This document shows, in pieces, positions 9,294-16,951 of a stretch of 64,000 bases of DNA (position 1 is its first letter; each line of letters opens with the position of its first letter). Location: positions 103,273-167,272 of the IMG/VR virus record IMGVR_UViG_3300032272_000001; one strand, given 5' to 3'. This DNA is from a virus (taxonomy: Duplodnaviria; Heunggongvirae; Uroviricota; Caudoviricetes). The notes below the pieces were generated by a model that had not been told where the DNA came from, did no database searches, and was given only the letters and a program-made list of their open reading frames with translations. The position numbers and the translations under genes were made by a program.

Positions 9294-9480
9294 ATTATTT
9301 CTCCATTAATGTGGTTGATTTGAGTAGGAGTCGAACCTACAATAATCTCATTACGTCGCGCTGTTTGAGATACAGTAGGTTTCACCATGAGCGCGGAAAC
9401 TATTGATTTCGCAATAATCCCATCCATATCGGCTTAGCCCACACTGCTATTTACCAATTTCAGCATCAAATCATATTTAA

Positions 9481-10236
9481 TTATTTTTCCTTAAAATGTG
9501 CTTCTACCATATCCAACCATAATAGAGATTGTTGAGATAATTTAGATCCATCTCCACGCCTATGATTAGTCCAATATTTCCTAGCTTCTAAAATATTTTT
9601 TACTACACAACCAGCATATATTTTAATACCATCATCATTTTTCTGTGCAATATGCTGATAACCGTCTGTTCGTGTCATAATAGGACCAATATTTGTACGA
9701 TAATTACCATCCAAATCATTAAATTTTGTTGATTTTAAATCAGCATTATTAAAATTAGCACTACTTAAATAACAGAAGTTAAATACACAATTCCTCAGAT
9801 CACAATCACTAAAATTAGTTTTGTACATTCCAACATCTATGAATCTACTATCCGAAAAAGAACTACCAGTAAAATCAATAAAATCTAAACACTTATACTT
9901 AAATTTACAATTAAAAAAAATACATTTTTGTGAATTCTGATCAAAAATAATATCAGACAAATCTTTATTAACAAATTCAAGCTGTTGACCTTTAGTATTA
10001 TCATCAAGCCATAGTAGATGTTTTTTGTATTTCTTATCGTATTTCTTCTGAGTAATCTTTTTCATGTTATAATCCTTGGTAACTTCGTAGTAATTTCGTA
10101 GTAACTGAGTAATCTTTTTCATGTTATAATCCTTGGTAATTTCGTAGTAACTTCGTAGTAACTTCGTAGTAACTTCGTAGTAACTTCGTATGTGTTGTAT
10201 TAAACCTAGTGTATATGGATATGCGCGTGTGGTCAA
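9481..10236 (-). CDS. Pentapeptide-repeat protein fused to the same C-terminal domain as the hexapeptide family; its N-terminal region carries internal tandem repeats
   Basis: Central A(D/N)(L/F)xx repeats (CKFKY KCLDF IDFTG SSFSD SRFID ... NADLK STKFN). C-term RTDGYQHIAQKNDDGIKIYAGCVV..EARKYWTNHRRGDGSKL aligns with the family's C-terminal domain. N-terminal start is uncertain. Confidence 0.6.
   Translation of the reverse strand: MTTRAYPYTLGLIQHIRSYYEVTTKLLRSYYEITKDYNMKKITQLLRNYYEVTKDYNMKKITQKKYDKKYKKHLLWLDDNTKGQQLEFVNKDLSDIIFDQNSQKCIFFNCKFKYKCLDFIDFTGSSFSDSRFIDVGMYKTNFSDCDLRNCVFNFCYLSSANFNNADLKSTKFNDLDGNYRTNIGPIMTRTDGYQHIAQKNDDGIKIYAGCVVKNILEARKYWTNHRRGDGSKLSQQSLLWLDMVEAHFKEK
10046..10200. 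repeat. Tandem DNA repeats (about 56-bp duplication plus 10-bp unit cttcgtagta x5) inside the 5' end of the pentapeptide-protein gene
   Basis: gtaatctttttcatgttataatccttggtaa occurs twice; acttcgtagta is iterated. Confidence 0.7.
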
Positions 10237-10237
10237 G

Positions 10238-10327
10238 AAAAAAAAATAAAAAAAAATTACATAGAGACAAGGCTTCTATAGCAGTAGTATAAAAAATAAA
10301 AAAAAATTACATAGAGACAAGGCTTCT
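10238..10327. repeat. Direct repeat (A-rich, about 38 bp x2: aaaaaaataaaaaaaaattacatagagacaaggcttct)
   Basis: Two copies at 10238..10277 and 10291..10327. Confidence 0.65.
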
Positions 10328-10442
10328 TCAATAACATCCCTAGCATAGTTGTATATAAAAGGGGGGGTGTCTTTTTTGCAACACTGTTACCTAAATGTTA
10401 CGTTACCCAAATGCCACAGTTGCTTATATACAACATAGTGTG

Positions 10443-10512
10443 GTGTGGCAATTAAGCCACACCTTTTTGTATTACCAAATACTCTTGCATGTGTGTGACA
10501 ATTAAGTCACAC
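10443..10512. promoter_or_regulatory. Pair of near-identical hairpins sharing the loop AATTAA (gtgtggc-aattaa-gccacac and gtgtgac-aattaa-gtcacac)
   Basis: Stems of 7 bp at 10443..10462 and 10493..10512 in a non-coding gap. The loop resembles the gcAATTgc core of the terminators at 3844 and 33808. Confidence 0.45.
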
Positions 10513-10669
10513 GTATTAAGCCCGGAGAATCCGTCTAATTTCGGCCTTAATTTCTTTATTGCTTGGCTCGCGGCCAAGCCTTGCCGCCAGTTTGTTCCAA
10601 ATTGTTTCGGGGTTATTATTCGTAACCGTGAAATTGACTTGCATTGGATTCATTCCTTATAGTGAGGGT

Positions 10670-10981
10670 TTAAGACAAAGTGATATATTTCCAATCTATC
10701 GCTTTTGATATGTCAGTATCATAGCCAAATATTTCATTTTTGAGGAAATTGAATACTTTATCCTTTTCCCCAATAATATGGTTATAAGTGACTCTTGATG
10801 TTTTTTCAGTTCCCCAATATTCATGTGTCACACGAACATAAAAACCAGCTTTTAGTAGCTTTTTAGTAAAGCGCTCGGCAATCGGCGCAAAAATGTCATA
10901 GCTTGAAAGGTGGATCGTGGTTTCAATCATCAAAGAAGAAGACATAACAGAAGCTCGCTTGTTTGTGTTTCGTCTAACCAT
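10670..10981 (-). CDS. hypothetical early protein
   Basis: 103 aa; preceded by a minus-strand promoter module at 10985..11010. Confidence 0.5.
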   Translation of the reverse strand: MVRRNTNKRASVMSSSLMIETTIHLSSYDIFAPIAERFTKKLLKAGFYVRVTHEYWGTEKTSRVTYNHIIGEKDKVFNFLKNEIFGYDTDISKAIDWKYITLS

Positions 10982-10984
10982 GAA

Positions 10985-11010
10985 TATAAACGAATCTAGC
11001 CTAGAGTCAA
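10985..11010 (-). promoter_or_regulatory. Early sigma70-like promoter module on the minus strand (TTGACT-N16-TTATAT)
   Basis: Reverse complement of agtcaa at 11005..11010 with an AT-rich -10. Confidence 0.45.
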
Positions 11011-11180
11011 CTACACAACCACTGTTTAAAGGTTTTTATTGAAAAATTATCATCGCCCCACACACAATCAATGAACAGTGTGTAGCGATCCCATAGCTTA
11101 TCAGGTGCATCTTGGTGCATGTTCCTTTGGCCTGCTATAAATCGCCTTCTGGCGGCTTCTGTATGGGCTGGAATAGTCAT
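11007..11180 (-). CDS. hypothetical small protein (57 aa, missing from the ORF track because it is under 60 aa)
   Basis: Manual translation MTIPAHTEAARRRFIAGQRNMHQDAPDKLWDRYTLFIDCVWGDDNFSIKTFKQWLCS. Confidence 0.3.
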   Translation of the reverse strand: MTIPAHTEAARRRFIAGQRNMHQDAPDKLWDRYTLFIDCVWGDDNFSIKTFKQWLCS

Positions 11181-11234
11181 ATTAAACCTTTAGAATGATG
11201 AGAGTGTGGTTGTTTGTTACTAATGCCGATAACC

Positions 11235-11408
11235 CTAGAGTCCGTTTTTGGCTGATAGATCGCTGGCAGCCTTGCGGAGCGCCATAGCAGTTAATTGACA
11301 ATCAATCCCTTCCATAATGCCGTTGTCGTCGTGTAATATCAATCTATTGGCTTTGCGTTCATATATTGCGGCCAACTCACGGAGTTTATTCACGGCTTGT
11401 AGAGTCAT
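11235..11408 (-). CDS. hypothetical small protein (57 aa, under the 60-aa track cutoff)
   Basis: Manual translation MTLQAVNKLRELAAIYERKANRLILHDDNGIMEGIDCQLTAMALRKAASDLSAKNGL. Confidence 0.3.
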   Translation of the reverse strand: MTLQAVNKLRELAAIYERKANRLILHDDNGIMEGIDCQLTAMALRKAASDLSAKNGL

Positions 11409-11421
11409 GATGGTTTAACCT

Positions 11422-11718
11422 TTAGGTTTTGGTGCGCAAGCGAAATTGTGGGCGTGTGTCTTGATATCGCCAACCAGCCATTACCCCGCGCGCATGAAAC
11501 ATATAATAATTGTAGCCAGTATCCTTTATTTTGCTGGCAATCTCACGGCCCACCGCTATTTTGTCGTCTACAAAAACAATTTCAATGGTTGATTCCATCC
11601 AATCGCCAGGGTGCATCAAATATATTCCACCCAAATTTGGAGTCTCTGTTTCAAATTGTTCATAATATTGGGCAAAGGTGCAAATACCGTCAATCGCGTC
11701 ACTGTGTGAATATTTCAT
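11422..11718 (-). CDS. hypothetical protein
   Basis: 98 aa ORF. The antisense ORF 11448..11735 is rejected. Confidence 0.45.
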   Translation of the reverse strand: MKYSHSDAIDGICTFAQYYEQFETETPNLGGIYLMHPGDWMESTIEIVFVDDKIAVGREIASKIKDTGYNYYMFHARGVMAGWRYQDTRPQFRLRTKT

Positions 11719-11720
11719 TG

Positions 11721-11969
11721 TTATTCGCCTTTTAACCCTTCCAGCCTTCTGGCGTCATACTCACACGCAATAAAATCCCGCGCGGCAGTCAAAGAAATAC
11801 AGCCCTGTCTTTTACAATAAATTGTATATGCTTCGAAAACATTATCATACGGGCCAAAAATATGGCCAGCAACGCTATTGTGTGCTGAAACAACAATGTA
11901 ATGATTCGAATCGGTTGTATCCTTATAGATAATAAAGGATTTAGTATCAGACTGTAAGGCGGTTTTCAT
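11721..11969 (-). CDS. hypothetical protein
   Basis: 82 aa; minus-strand promoter at 12005..12033 upstream. Confidence 0.5.
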   Translation of the reverse strand: MKTALQSDTKSFIIYKDTTDSNHYIVVSAHNSVAGHIFGPYDNVFEAYTIYCKRQGCISLTAARDFIACEYDARRLEGLKGE

Positions 11970-12004
11970 AGTCTAAACTTTCGTTGCTTGTTTCGTCTAT
12001 CCCT

Positions 12005-12033
12005 GATACTAAAGGAATCTAGGCTAGAGTCAA
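12005..12033 (-). promoter_or_regulatory. Early promoter module, minus strand (TTGACTctagcctagattccttTAGTATC)
   Basis: Shares its core with the modules at 13055, 13424, 13717, 14056 and 14373. Confidence 0.5.
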
Positions 12034-12465
12034 CTAGAATCGACCAGGCGCGGGCGGTAGAGGAGTCCATTCTGTGATATTATCATCACCATATTGCTCG
12101 GATACAAGTTTTTTGATCCCTTCCCTATTGACACATCTACCAATAGCCCAAAATCCGGGCGGCTTTCCTGGATGGCCATCGCTATCAATCCACACAAGAA
12201 TATTCTTATATGAATAAGCCGCTTCTAGTGAGGCGTTAATCATGTCATTATTGTGTTTAATACGGTTAACCGCATGAGTGATATTCCCAGAAGAGCCGCC
12301 AATGATGTTATTTCCGTTCGAATCATACAGCAAGAAACCACCGTAGCATTTTTCAGCCCATCCAATAAACTCACCATCACAATATACAACAATGTGCGTA
12401 TCAAAACGCTTTTTCGGAAGTCTTAGCACTGAATATTCTGAATTTTCTGGTTTTTCTTTAGTCAT
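12034..12465 (-). CDS. hypothetical protein
   Basis: 143 aa. Confidence 0.5.
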   Translation of the reverse strand: MTKEKPENSEYSVLRLPKKRFDTHIVVYCDGEFIGWAEKCYGGFLLYDSNGNNIIGGSSGNITHAVNRIKHNNDMINASLEAAYSYKNILVWIDSDGHPGKPPGFWAIGRCVNREGIKKLVSEQYGDDNITEWTPLPPAPGRF

Positions 12466-12508
12466 AATCTCAACACTTTCGCTTGTTTCTGTTTATGCTG
12501 GCCGCGAT

Positions 12509-13018
12509 TTACCGACAGCTATAGATTAGGCGATCGCCCCCAATCGTTGTTTCGATATAATCACAACTCAAATCAGCCGCAATCGCGTCATAATCGATAT
12601 AATTGGCTAAATGTTCTGGAATATCGCCGAATAGACCATTATCAACCAATTCCTCTGCAAGATCGCGCATACTAGAGCAATGATAGATATCAACTTCAAA
12701 ATCTGATTCAGGATCAACCGAATCAGCATCAAAAGGATAGGAACACTCGCCAACCGCAATAATAAAGATGGTTTTCTCATGATCGGACCATGATACCTCA
12801 CAGTCAATATATTTTTCGATATTGGCCTGATTAATGCCCCATGCTTCCGACAATTCACAATCAATGGTTTCGCCGTCAATAAAATCAATTTCAAATTCTT
12901 CCACCTTGTCGCCATGGCTATTCCGCGCTTTGGACGCCTTTTCTGTGTATTCTTCGAACGTTTCGAAGTAGAATCCAGTGGCAGAAATATCATAAGGATT
13001 TGCGAAAAATTTGGACAT
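12509..13018 (-). CDS. Acidic protein, putative ArdA-like antirestriction (DNA-mimic) protein
   Basis: 169 aa and very acidic. C-terminal NYIDYDAIAADLSCDYIETTIGGDRLIY resembles the ArdA C-terminal motif (nY.DyeA.arDL...) as I recall it. Not verified by search. Confidence 0.4.
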   Translation of the reverse strand: MSKFFANPYDISATGFYFETFEEYTEKASKARNSHGDKVEEFEIDFIDGETIDCELSEAWGINQANIEKYIDCEVSWSDHEKTIFIIAVGECSYPFDADSVDPESDFEVDIYHCSSMRDLAEELVDNGLFGDIPEHLANYIDYDAIAADLSCDYIETTIGGDRLIYSCR

Positions 13019-13054
13019 ATCAGAAGCTCTCTGTGTGTGTTTCGTCTGATTTTG

Positions 13055-13082
13055 ATACTAAAGGAATCTAAGGGAGAGTCAA
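13055..13082 (-). promoter_or_regulatory. Early promoter module, minus strand, driving 12509..13018
   Basis: TTGACTctcccttagattccttTAGTAT read on the minus strand. Confidence 0.5.
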
Positions 13083-13083
13083 A

Positions 13084-13389
13084 TTATTTCTTAGCCATTC
13101 GTGCAGCATTTTGACACACTACGTTATTATATATTTCTGCTACTTTAGTTTCTGCTATCATATTATCTGCATCGCCGCGTAATGCCGCTTCAAGGGCCAG
13201 TTTGTAATGCTTTTCCGCAATGTCACTCAATCGCAGATTATTTGATGTTGTGACTATATTTTGCGCTTCGGCAAAATTGTCATAAGTGCCATAGTATAGC
13301 GCGGAGTAACATCCCATAATGTAGTAAACTTCGATTTCTGAATTATTATCAACATAAACAATTTCAGAGAATTTGACCGGGTTGGACAT
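13084..13389 (-). CDS. hypothetical protein
   Basis: 101 aa. Confidence 0.5.
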   Translation of the reverse strand: MSNPVKFSEIVYVDNNSEIEVYYIMGCYSALYYGTYDNFAEAQNIVTTSNNLRLSDIAEKHYKLALEAALRGDADNMIAETKVAEIYNNVVCQNAARMAKK

Positions 13390-13423
13390 ATCAGAAGCTC
13401 TCTTGTGTGTTTCGTTAAGACTG

Positions 13424-13451
13424 ATACTAAAGAAATTGAATGGAAAGTCAA
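13424..13451 (-). promoter_or_regulatory. Early promoter module, minus strand
   Basis: TTGACTttccattcaatttcttTAGTAT. Confidence 0.5.
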
Positions 13452-13462
13452 TCCCTAATTTG

Positions 13463-13693
13463 TTAGCAATGCGCCAGAACCAACGGATCTAGTGTTTTGA
13501 TGTTTATCAATTCACCCTCGATTCCGCGCTCGATATAAGTACCCGATTTGACCGGCTTGGCCATAATTCGCCATGAATTATCATATTGAGCATTCAAAAA
13601 TTTGTGCATGGCGTCACTAGATTTGAATGCACGCACCTTAACCCTATACTTAAAACCGTTGCCAGTTTTAACATTTTTCCGAATTGAGAACAT
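13463..13693 (-). CDS. hypothetical basic protein
   Basis: 76 aa. Confidence 0.45.
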   Translation of the reverse strand: MFSIRKNVKTGNGFKYRVKVRAFKSSDAMHKFLNAQYDNSWRIMAKPVKSGTYIERGIEGELINIKTLDPLVLAHC

Positions 13694-13716
13694 TTTATTT
13701 CCTTCCGTTAAGGCAG

Positions 13717-13744
13717 ATACTAAGGGAATCTAATGGAGAGTCAA
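13717..13744 (-). promoter_or_regulatory. Early promoter module, minus strand
   Basis: TTGACTctccattagattcccttAGTAT. Confidence 0.5.
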
Positions 13745-14022
13745 GCTCTATTTTCGTTGTGGCGTACTGCCGCATCTAATGCCTCTGCATATTCGCCATA
13801 ATAATTATAACAATGGCCAGAATCAAGGCCAAAGACACACCATTCTTTAAACGAATCATCATATTCAACATAAACGGATTCTTTGATGCCACGTGAAGAA
13901 TGTTCGACTGTAGGTCCAGGTCCAAAATACGCCTTATTAGACACTGTAACATTGCCTAGCCCTCTAACCTTTCTATGCACTCTAGCATTACCGCGAACTA
14001 TGGCAGTGTTATATATTGGCAT
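13741..14022 (-). CDS. hypothetical protein
   Basis: 93 aa. Confidence 0.5.
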   Translation of the reverse strand: MPIYNTAIVRGNARVHRKVRGLGNVTVSNKAYFGPGPTVEHSSRGIKESVYVEYDDSFKEWCVFGLDSGHCYNYYGEYAEALDAAVRHNENRA

Positions 14023-14055
14023 TGGATGTTCCTTAATCGAGTTGCGTTAAGACTG

Positions 14056-14083
14056 ATACTAAAGAAATCTAATGGAGAGTCAA
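14056..14083 (-). promoter_or_regulatory. Early promoter module, minus strand
   Basis: TTGACTctccattagatttctttAGTAT. Confidence 0.5.
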
Positions 14084-14086
14084 TCT

Positions 14087-14341
14087 CTATTCTACCTGAA
14101 ACGCTATTGTTACAGTGTCGCATGATCCAATACCATAGTCCCACGCGTCATGATATCGCATGAATCCTCTGCCCTTATCATCGACCGGGCAAAGGCATCG
14201 AAACATGCCATATTCAGCGGATTCAGCTTGATAAAATGCCTCAATTGCATCTATATCATGCTCTTCGAGACCACTATAATCATCATTGATCAATGCACAA
14301 AGCCAATGTGCTGGCAAAACGTATTCAACAATTCTCATCAA
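14087..14341 (-). CDS. hypothetical acidic protein
   Basis: 84 aa. Confidence 0.5.
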   Translation of the reverse strand: MMRIVEYVLPAHWLCALINDDYSGLEEHDIDAIEAFYQAESAEYGMFRCLCPVDDKGRGFMRYHDAWDYGIGSCDTVTIAFQVE

Positions 14342-14372
14342 ACTAGCCTCAATTGAGTTGCGTTAGAGCCAA

Positions 14373-14399
14373 ATATAAAGAGACGCTGGAACGAGTCAA
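14373..14399 (-). promoter_or_regulatory. Early promoter module, minus strand (TTGACTcgttccagcgtctctTTATAT)
   Basis: First promoter of the leftward early block; it lies at the edge of the divergent region. Confidence 0.45.
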
Positions 14400-14950
14400 G
14401 TCACAAGATTGTGATTAGACAAAAGGACTCAGTTAGTATCTCATTGGTGTAACTATTTTGCCACAAAGGGGTTTGATGCAGAAAAACAACACTATTGTAT
14501 ATATGTCACAGTTGCGTCTATGCAACTGTGTTGTATTATTATCACTGTGTTGCATAATGGTAGCACTGTTGCATTTGTGCGTCTATAGTGATATATAGGA
14601 CACAGAGACATAATGGACACACTATGTTGCATTTATGTCACAGTTGCGTCTATGTTACAGTGTGATATATAGGCCACAGAGACACAAAAATGTCACAGAG
14701 ACACAAAAATGTCATAGAGACACGTGGCCTCATATTACGTTTTTTCGATTATTCTACATTCCCCAAAATATCTGATATTTTATCTAATATAAGATTTTAA
14801 TTTTTCATACTATATTATTCCACTATATGGACATTACTATAATTCTAGTACAATAGTAATATACTATGTAATTGAGTTACAATAGAGCTAAAATCTCAAT
14901 TTCAAACAAAAATAGTTTGAAACTACAGATTAGTAGGTATATAACCACGC
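14400..14950. repeat. Non-coding divergent control region rich in palindromes and tandem motifs (cacagttgcgtctatgcaactgtg; cacagagacacaaaaatgt x3), followed by an AT-rich stretch. It separates the leftward and rightward early blocks. Candidate origin or regulatory hub
   Basis: No ORF of 60 aa or more. Contains the perfect inverted repeat cacagttgc..gcaactgtg at about 14505..14530 and a degenerate copy at about 14640..14665; tandem gtcacagagacacaaaaat at 14682..14730; more than 80% AT over 14750..14940. Confidence 0.5.
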
Positions 14951-15267
14951 TAGTTACTACACAATAACTTTTCAATAAGATCAATGATAAATTGAGGCTC
15001 ATTTGATGTAATATCACCACGATTAACTCCCATAACATAACTCAATTTATAGTTACCCGAATTATTAAACATAAGCACCATACTATCATTCCAAGCAAAA
15101 TAAAATGAGCCATAATTATCTAATTCAAGAATAGGATGTTTTGTTGTATTAATACCATGATCAATCATTTTTAACATTGCATTAAGAGAATTATCATTAA
15201 TACTAATATTGTTTTTTTGTGCTAATGTTATAATATCTTTAATAGACGTATCAAAATCAATAATCAT
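14950..15267 (-). CDS. hypothetical protein; paralog of 15288..15614 and 20705..21025
   Basis: Shared pattern ..SL.a....G.L...W.d...........; 105 aa. Confidence 0.5.
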   Translation of the reverse strand: MIIDFDTSIKDIITLAQKNNISINDNSLNAMLKMIDHGINTTKHPILELDNYGSFYFAWNDSMVLMFNNSGNYKLSYVMGVNRGDITSNEPQFIIDLIEKLLCSN

Positions 15268-15287
15268 AATGTCTTTCCTCTGTTTTA

Positions 15288-15614
15288 TTATATTGCAGAT
15301 TCTGCTTTCACTACTGTTAATTTTTGCAATAATGGCTCGATTGTGGTAATAATGAAATCAAGATCACTTGTTGTAATATCACCATAGCAATCCTTAAAAT
15401 CAAAGGATAAATTAAATTCTTTATAATCTACTTGATCTACATCAGAAAATACAATAATGATGGAATCATCATCCCAATTTGCAGATAATACACCATCATC
15501 ATTCCTATTTACTATAAAATCATTCTCTGAATCAAATTTCCGAAGAAGAAATTTTGACAGTGCACTAAGAGACGATTCATTGATAATGTCGCCTTTTTCA
15601 AAGATTTTACACAT
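15288..15614 (-). CDS. hypothetical protein; paralog of 14950..15267
   Basis: 108 aa. Confidence 0.5.
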   Translation of the reverse strand: MCKIFEKGDIINESSLSALSKFLLRKFDSENDFIVNRNDDGVLSANWDDDSIIIVFSDVDQVDYKEFNLSFDFKDCYGDITTSDLDFIITTIEPLLQKLTVVKAESAI

Positions 15615-15689
15615 TGTATGACGCCTTCCGAGGTTGCTGATCTGCTATCCCTAGCAACTATGAAATGTTGTGTCAAGTGAAAATAATTG

Positions 15690-15717
15690 TTGACATCACT
15701 CTAGAATCCACTATGAT
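15690..15717 (+). promoter_or_regulatory. Early promoter module (TTGACA-N16-TATGAT), first of a repeated series on the + strand
   Basis: ttgacatcactctagaatccactatgat followed by a conserved leader (ccagatatcagataacaaagggaacataatATG). Confidence 0.55.
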
Positions 15718-15747
15718 CCAGATATCAGATAACAAAGGGAACATAAT

Positions 15748-16168
15748 ATGTCAGAATTTCATAAACACTCCAATGGTGGTGGATTAGTAGAGTCTACTGC
15801 AACAGTATCTGATACTGCTTTTATTGGACCTAATGTTATAGTATGTGATAATGCAAGAGTATCTGGTACTGCTCTAGTATGTGATAATGCAAGAGTATCT
15901 GATGATGTTCTAGTATTTGGTGATGCAAGAGTATCTGATGATATTAAAGTATATGATAATGCTATAGTATCTGATGATGTTCTAGTATTTGGTGATGCAA
16001 GAGTATCTGGTCATGCAAAAGTATTTGGTGATGCTAAAGTAGCTGGCTATGCTATAGTATGATAATGCAAGAGTATCTATTGGACAGAAACGAGATATGG
16101 AACTAAATTAGGTGATGAAACACTTGAAATTATTTCTATGCTACAGAAATTAAAGTCAATTATGGATT
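15748..16168 (+). pseudogene. Decayed hexapeptide-family copy: intact N-terminus and 104 codons, then in-frame TGA TAA, then the last 26 codons of the C-terminal domain in the same frame (an internal deletion)
   Basis: gtatgataatgc here versus gtatgtgataatgc in intact copies (2-bp loss). The segment encoding SKPFP...EAIEH is missing and the sequence resumes at YWTETRYGTKLGDETLEIISMLQKLKSIMD*. Confidence 0.6.
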
Positions 16169-16194
16169 GACATCCCTCTAGAATCCACTATGAT
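16167..16194 (+). promoter_or_regulatory. Early promoter module
   Basis: ttgacatccctctagaatccactatgat. Confidence 0.55.
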
Positions 16195-16225
16195 ACAAGA
16201 TATCAGATAACAAAAGGAACATAAT

Positions 16226-16897
16226 ATGACAAAATTTCATAGACACTCCAATGGTGGTGGTCTTGTTGCAGATACTGCAAGAGTATCTGATACTGCTTTT
16301 ATTGGACCTAATGCAAGAGTATTTGGTAATGCTGAAGTATATGGTAATGCTATAGTATTTGGTAATGCTGTAATATCTGGTGATGCTGTAGTATATGGTA
16401 ATGCTAAAGTGTCTGGTAATGCTAGAGTATACAACAATGCTAAAGTATCTGATGATGCTAGAGTATACAGCAATGCTAAAGTATATGGTAATGCTAGAGT
16501 ATGTGATAATGCTGTAGTATGTGATAATGCTATAGTATCTGGTGATGCAAGAGTATATGGTGATGCAAGAGTATTTGATAATGCTGTAGTATGTGATAAT
16601 GCTTCAGTATCTGATGATGCTATAGTATGTGATCATGCAAGAGTATTTGGTGATGCAAAAGTATTTGGTGATGCTCTAGTATCAAAACCATTTCCAAAAA
16701 TCACCAGATCAGATAGATATGATTTTATTCTTGTGCCAGATAAAGATGGAGTCGATAGAATCATTGCTGGTTGCAGGTATTTTAGTATCGAAGAAGCAAT
16801 TGAACATTGGACAGAAACAAGAGGTGGAACTAAACTAGGAACCGAAACCTTAAAAATTATTGATATGTTACAAGAATTAAAGTCAATTATTGATTGA
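16226..16897 (+). CDS. Hexapeptide-repeat family paralog (223 aa)
   Basis: Conserved N/C modules and about 21 repeats. Confidence 0.75.
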   Translation: MTKFHRHSNGGGLVADTARVSDTAFIGPNARVFGNAEVYGNAIVFGNAVISGDAVVYGNAKVSGNARVYNNAKVSDDARVYSNAKVYGNARVCDNAVVCDNAIVSGDARVYGDARVFDNAVVCDNASVSDDAIVCDHARVFGDAKVFGDALVSKPFPKITRSDRYDFILVPDKDGVDRIIAGCRYFSIEEAIEHWTETRGGTKLGTETLKIIDMLQELKSIID

Positions 16898-16921
16898 CAA
16901 CACCATAGATTGGTGTATGAT
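16894..16921 (+). promoter_or_regulatory. Early promoter module (overlaps the stop codon of the upstream gene)
   Basis: ttgacaacaccatagattggtgtatgat. Confidence 0.55.
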
Positions 16922-16951
16922 CCAGATATCAGATAACAAAAGGAACATAAT

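Noticed and set aside
12607-12993. ORF 12607..12993 (-)
   Set aside because: It is an alternative frame fully inside the acidic ArdA-like gene 12509..13018. The latter has a coherent acidic domain and a promoter.
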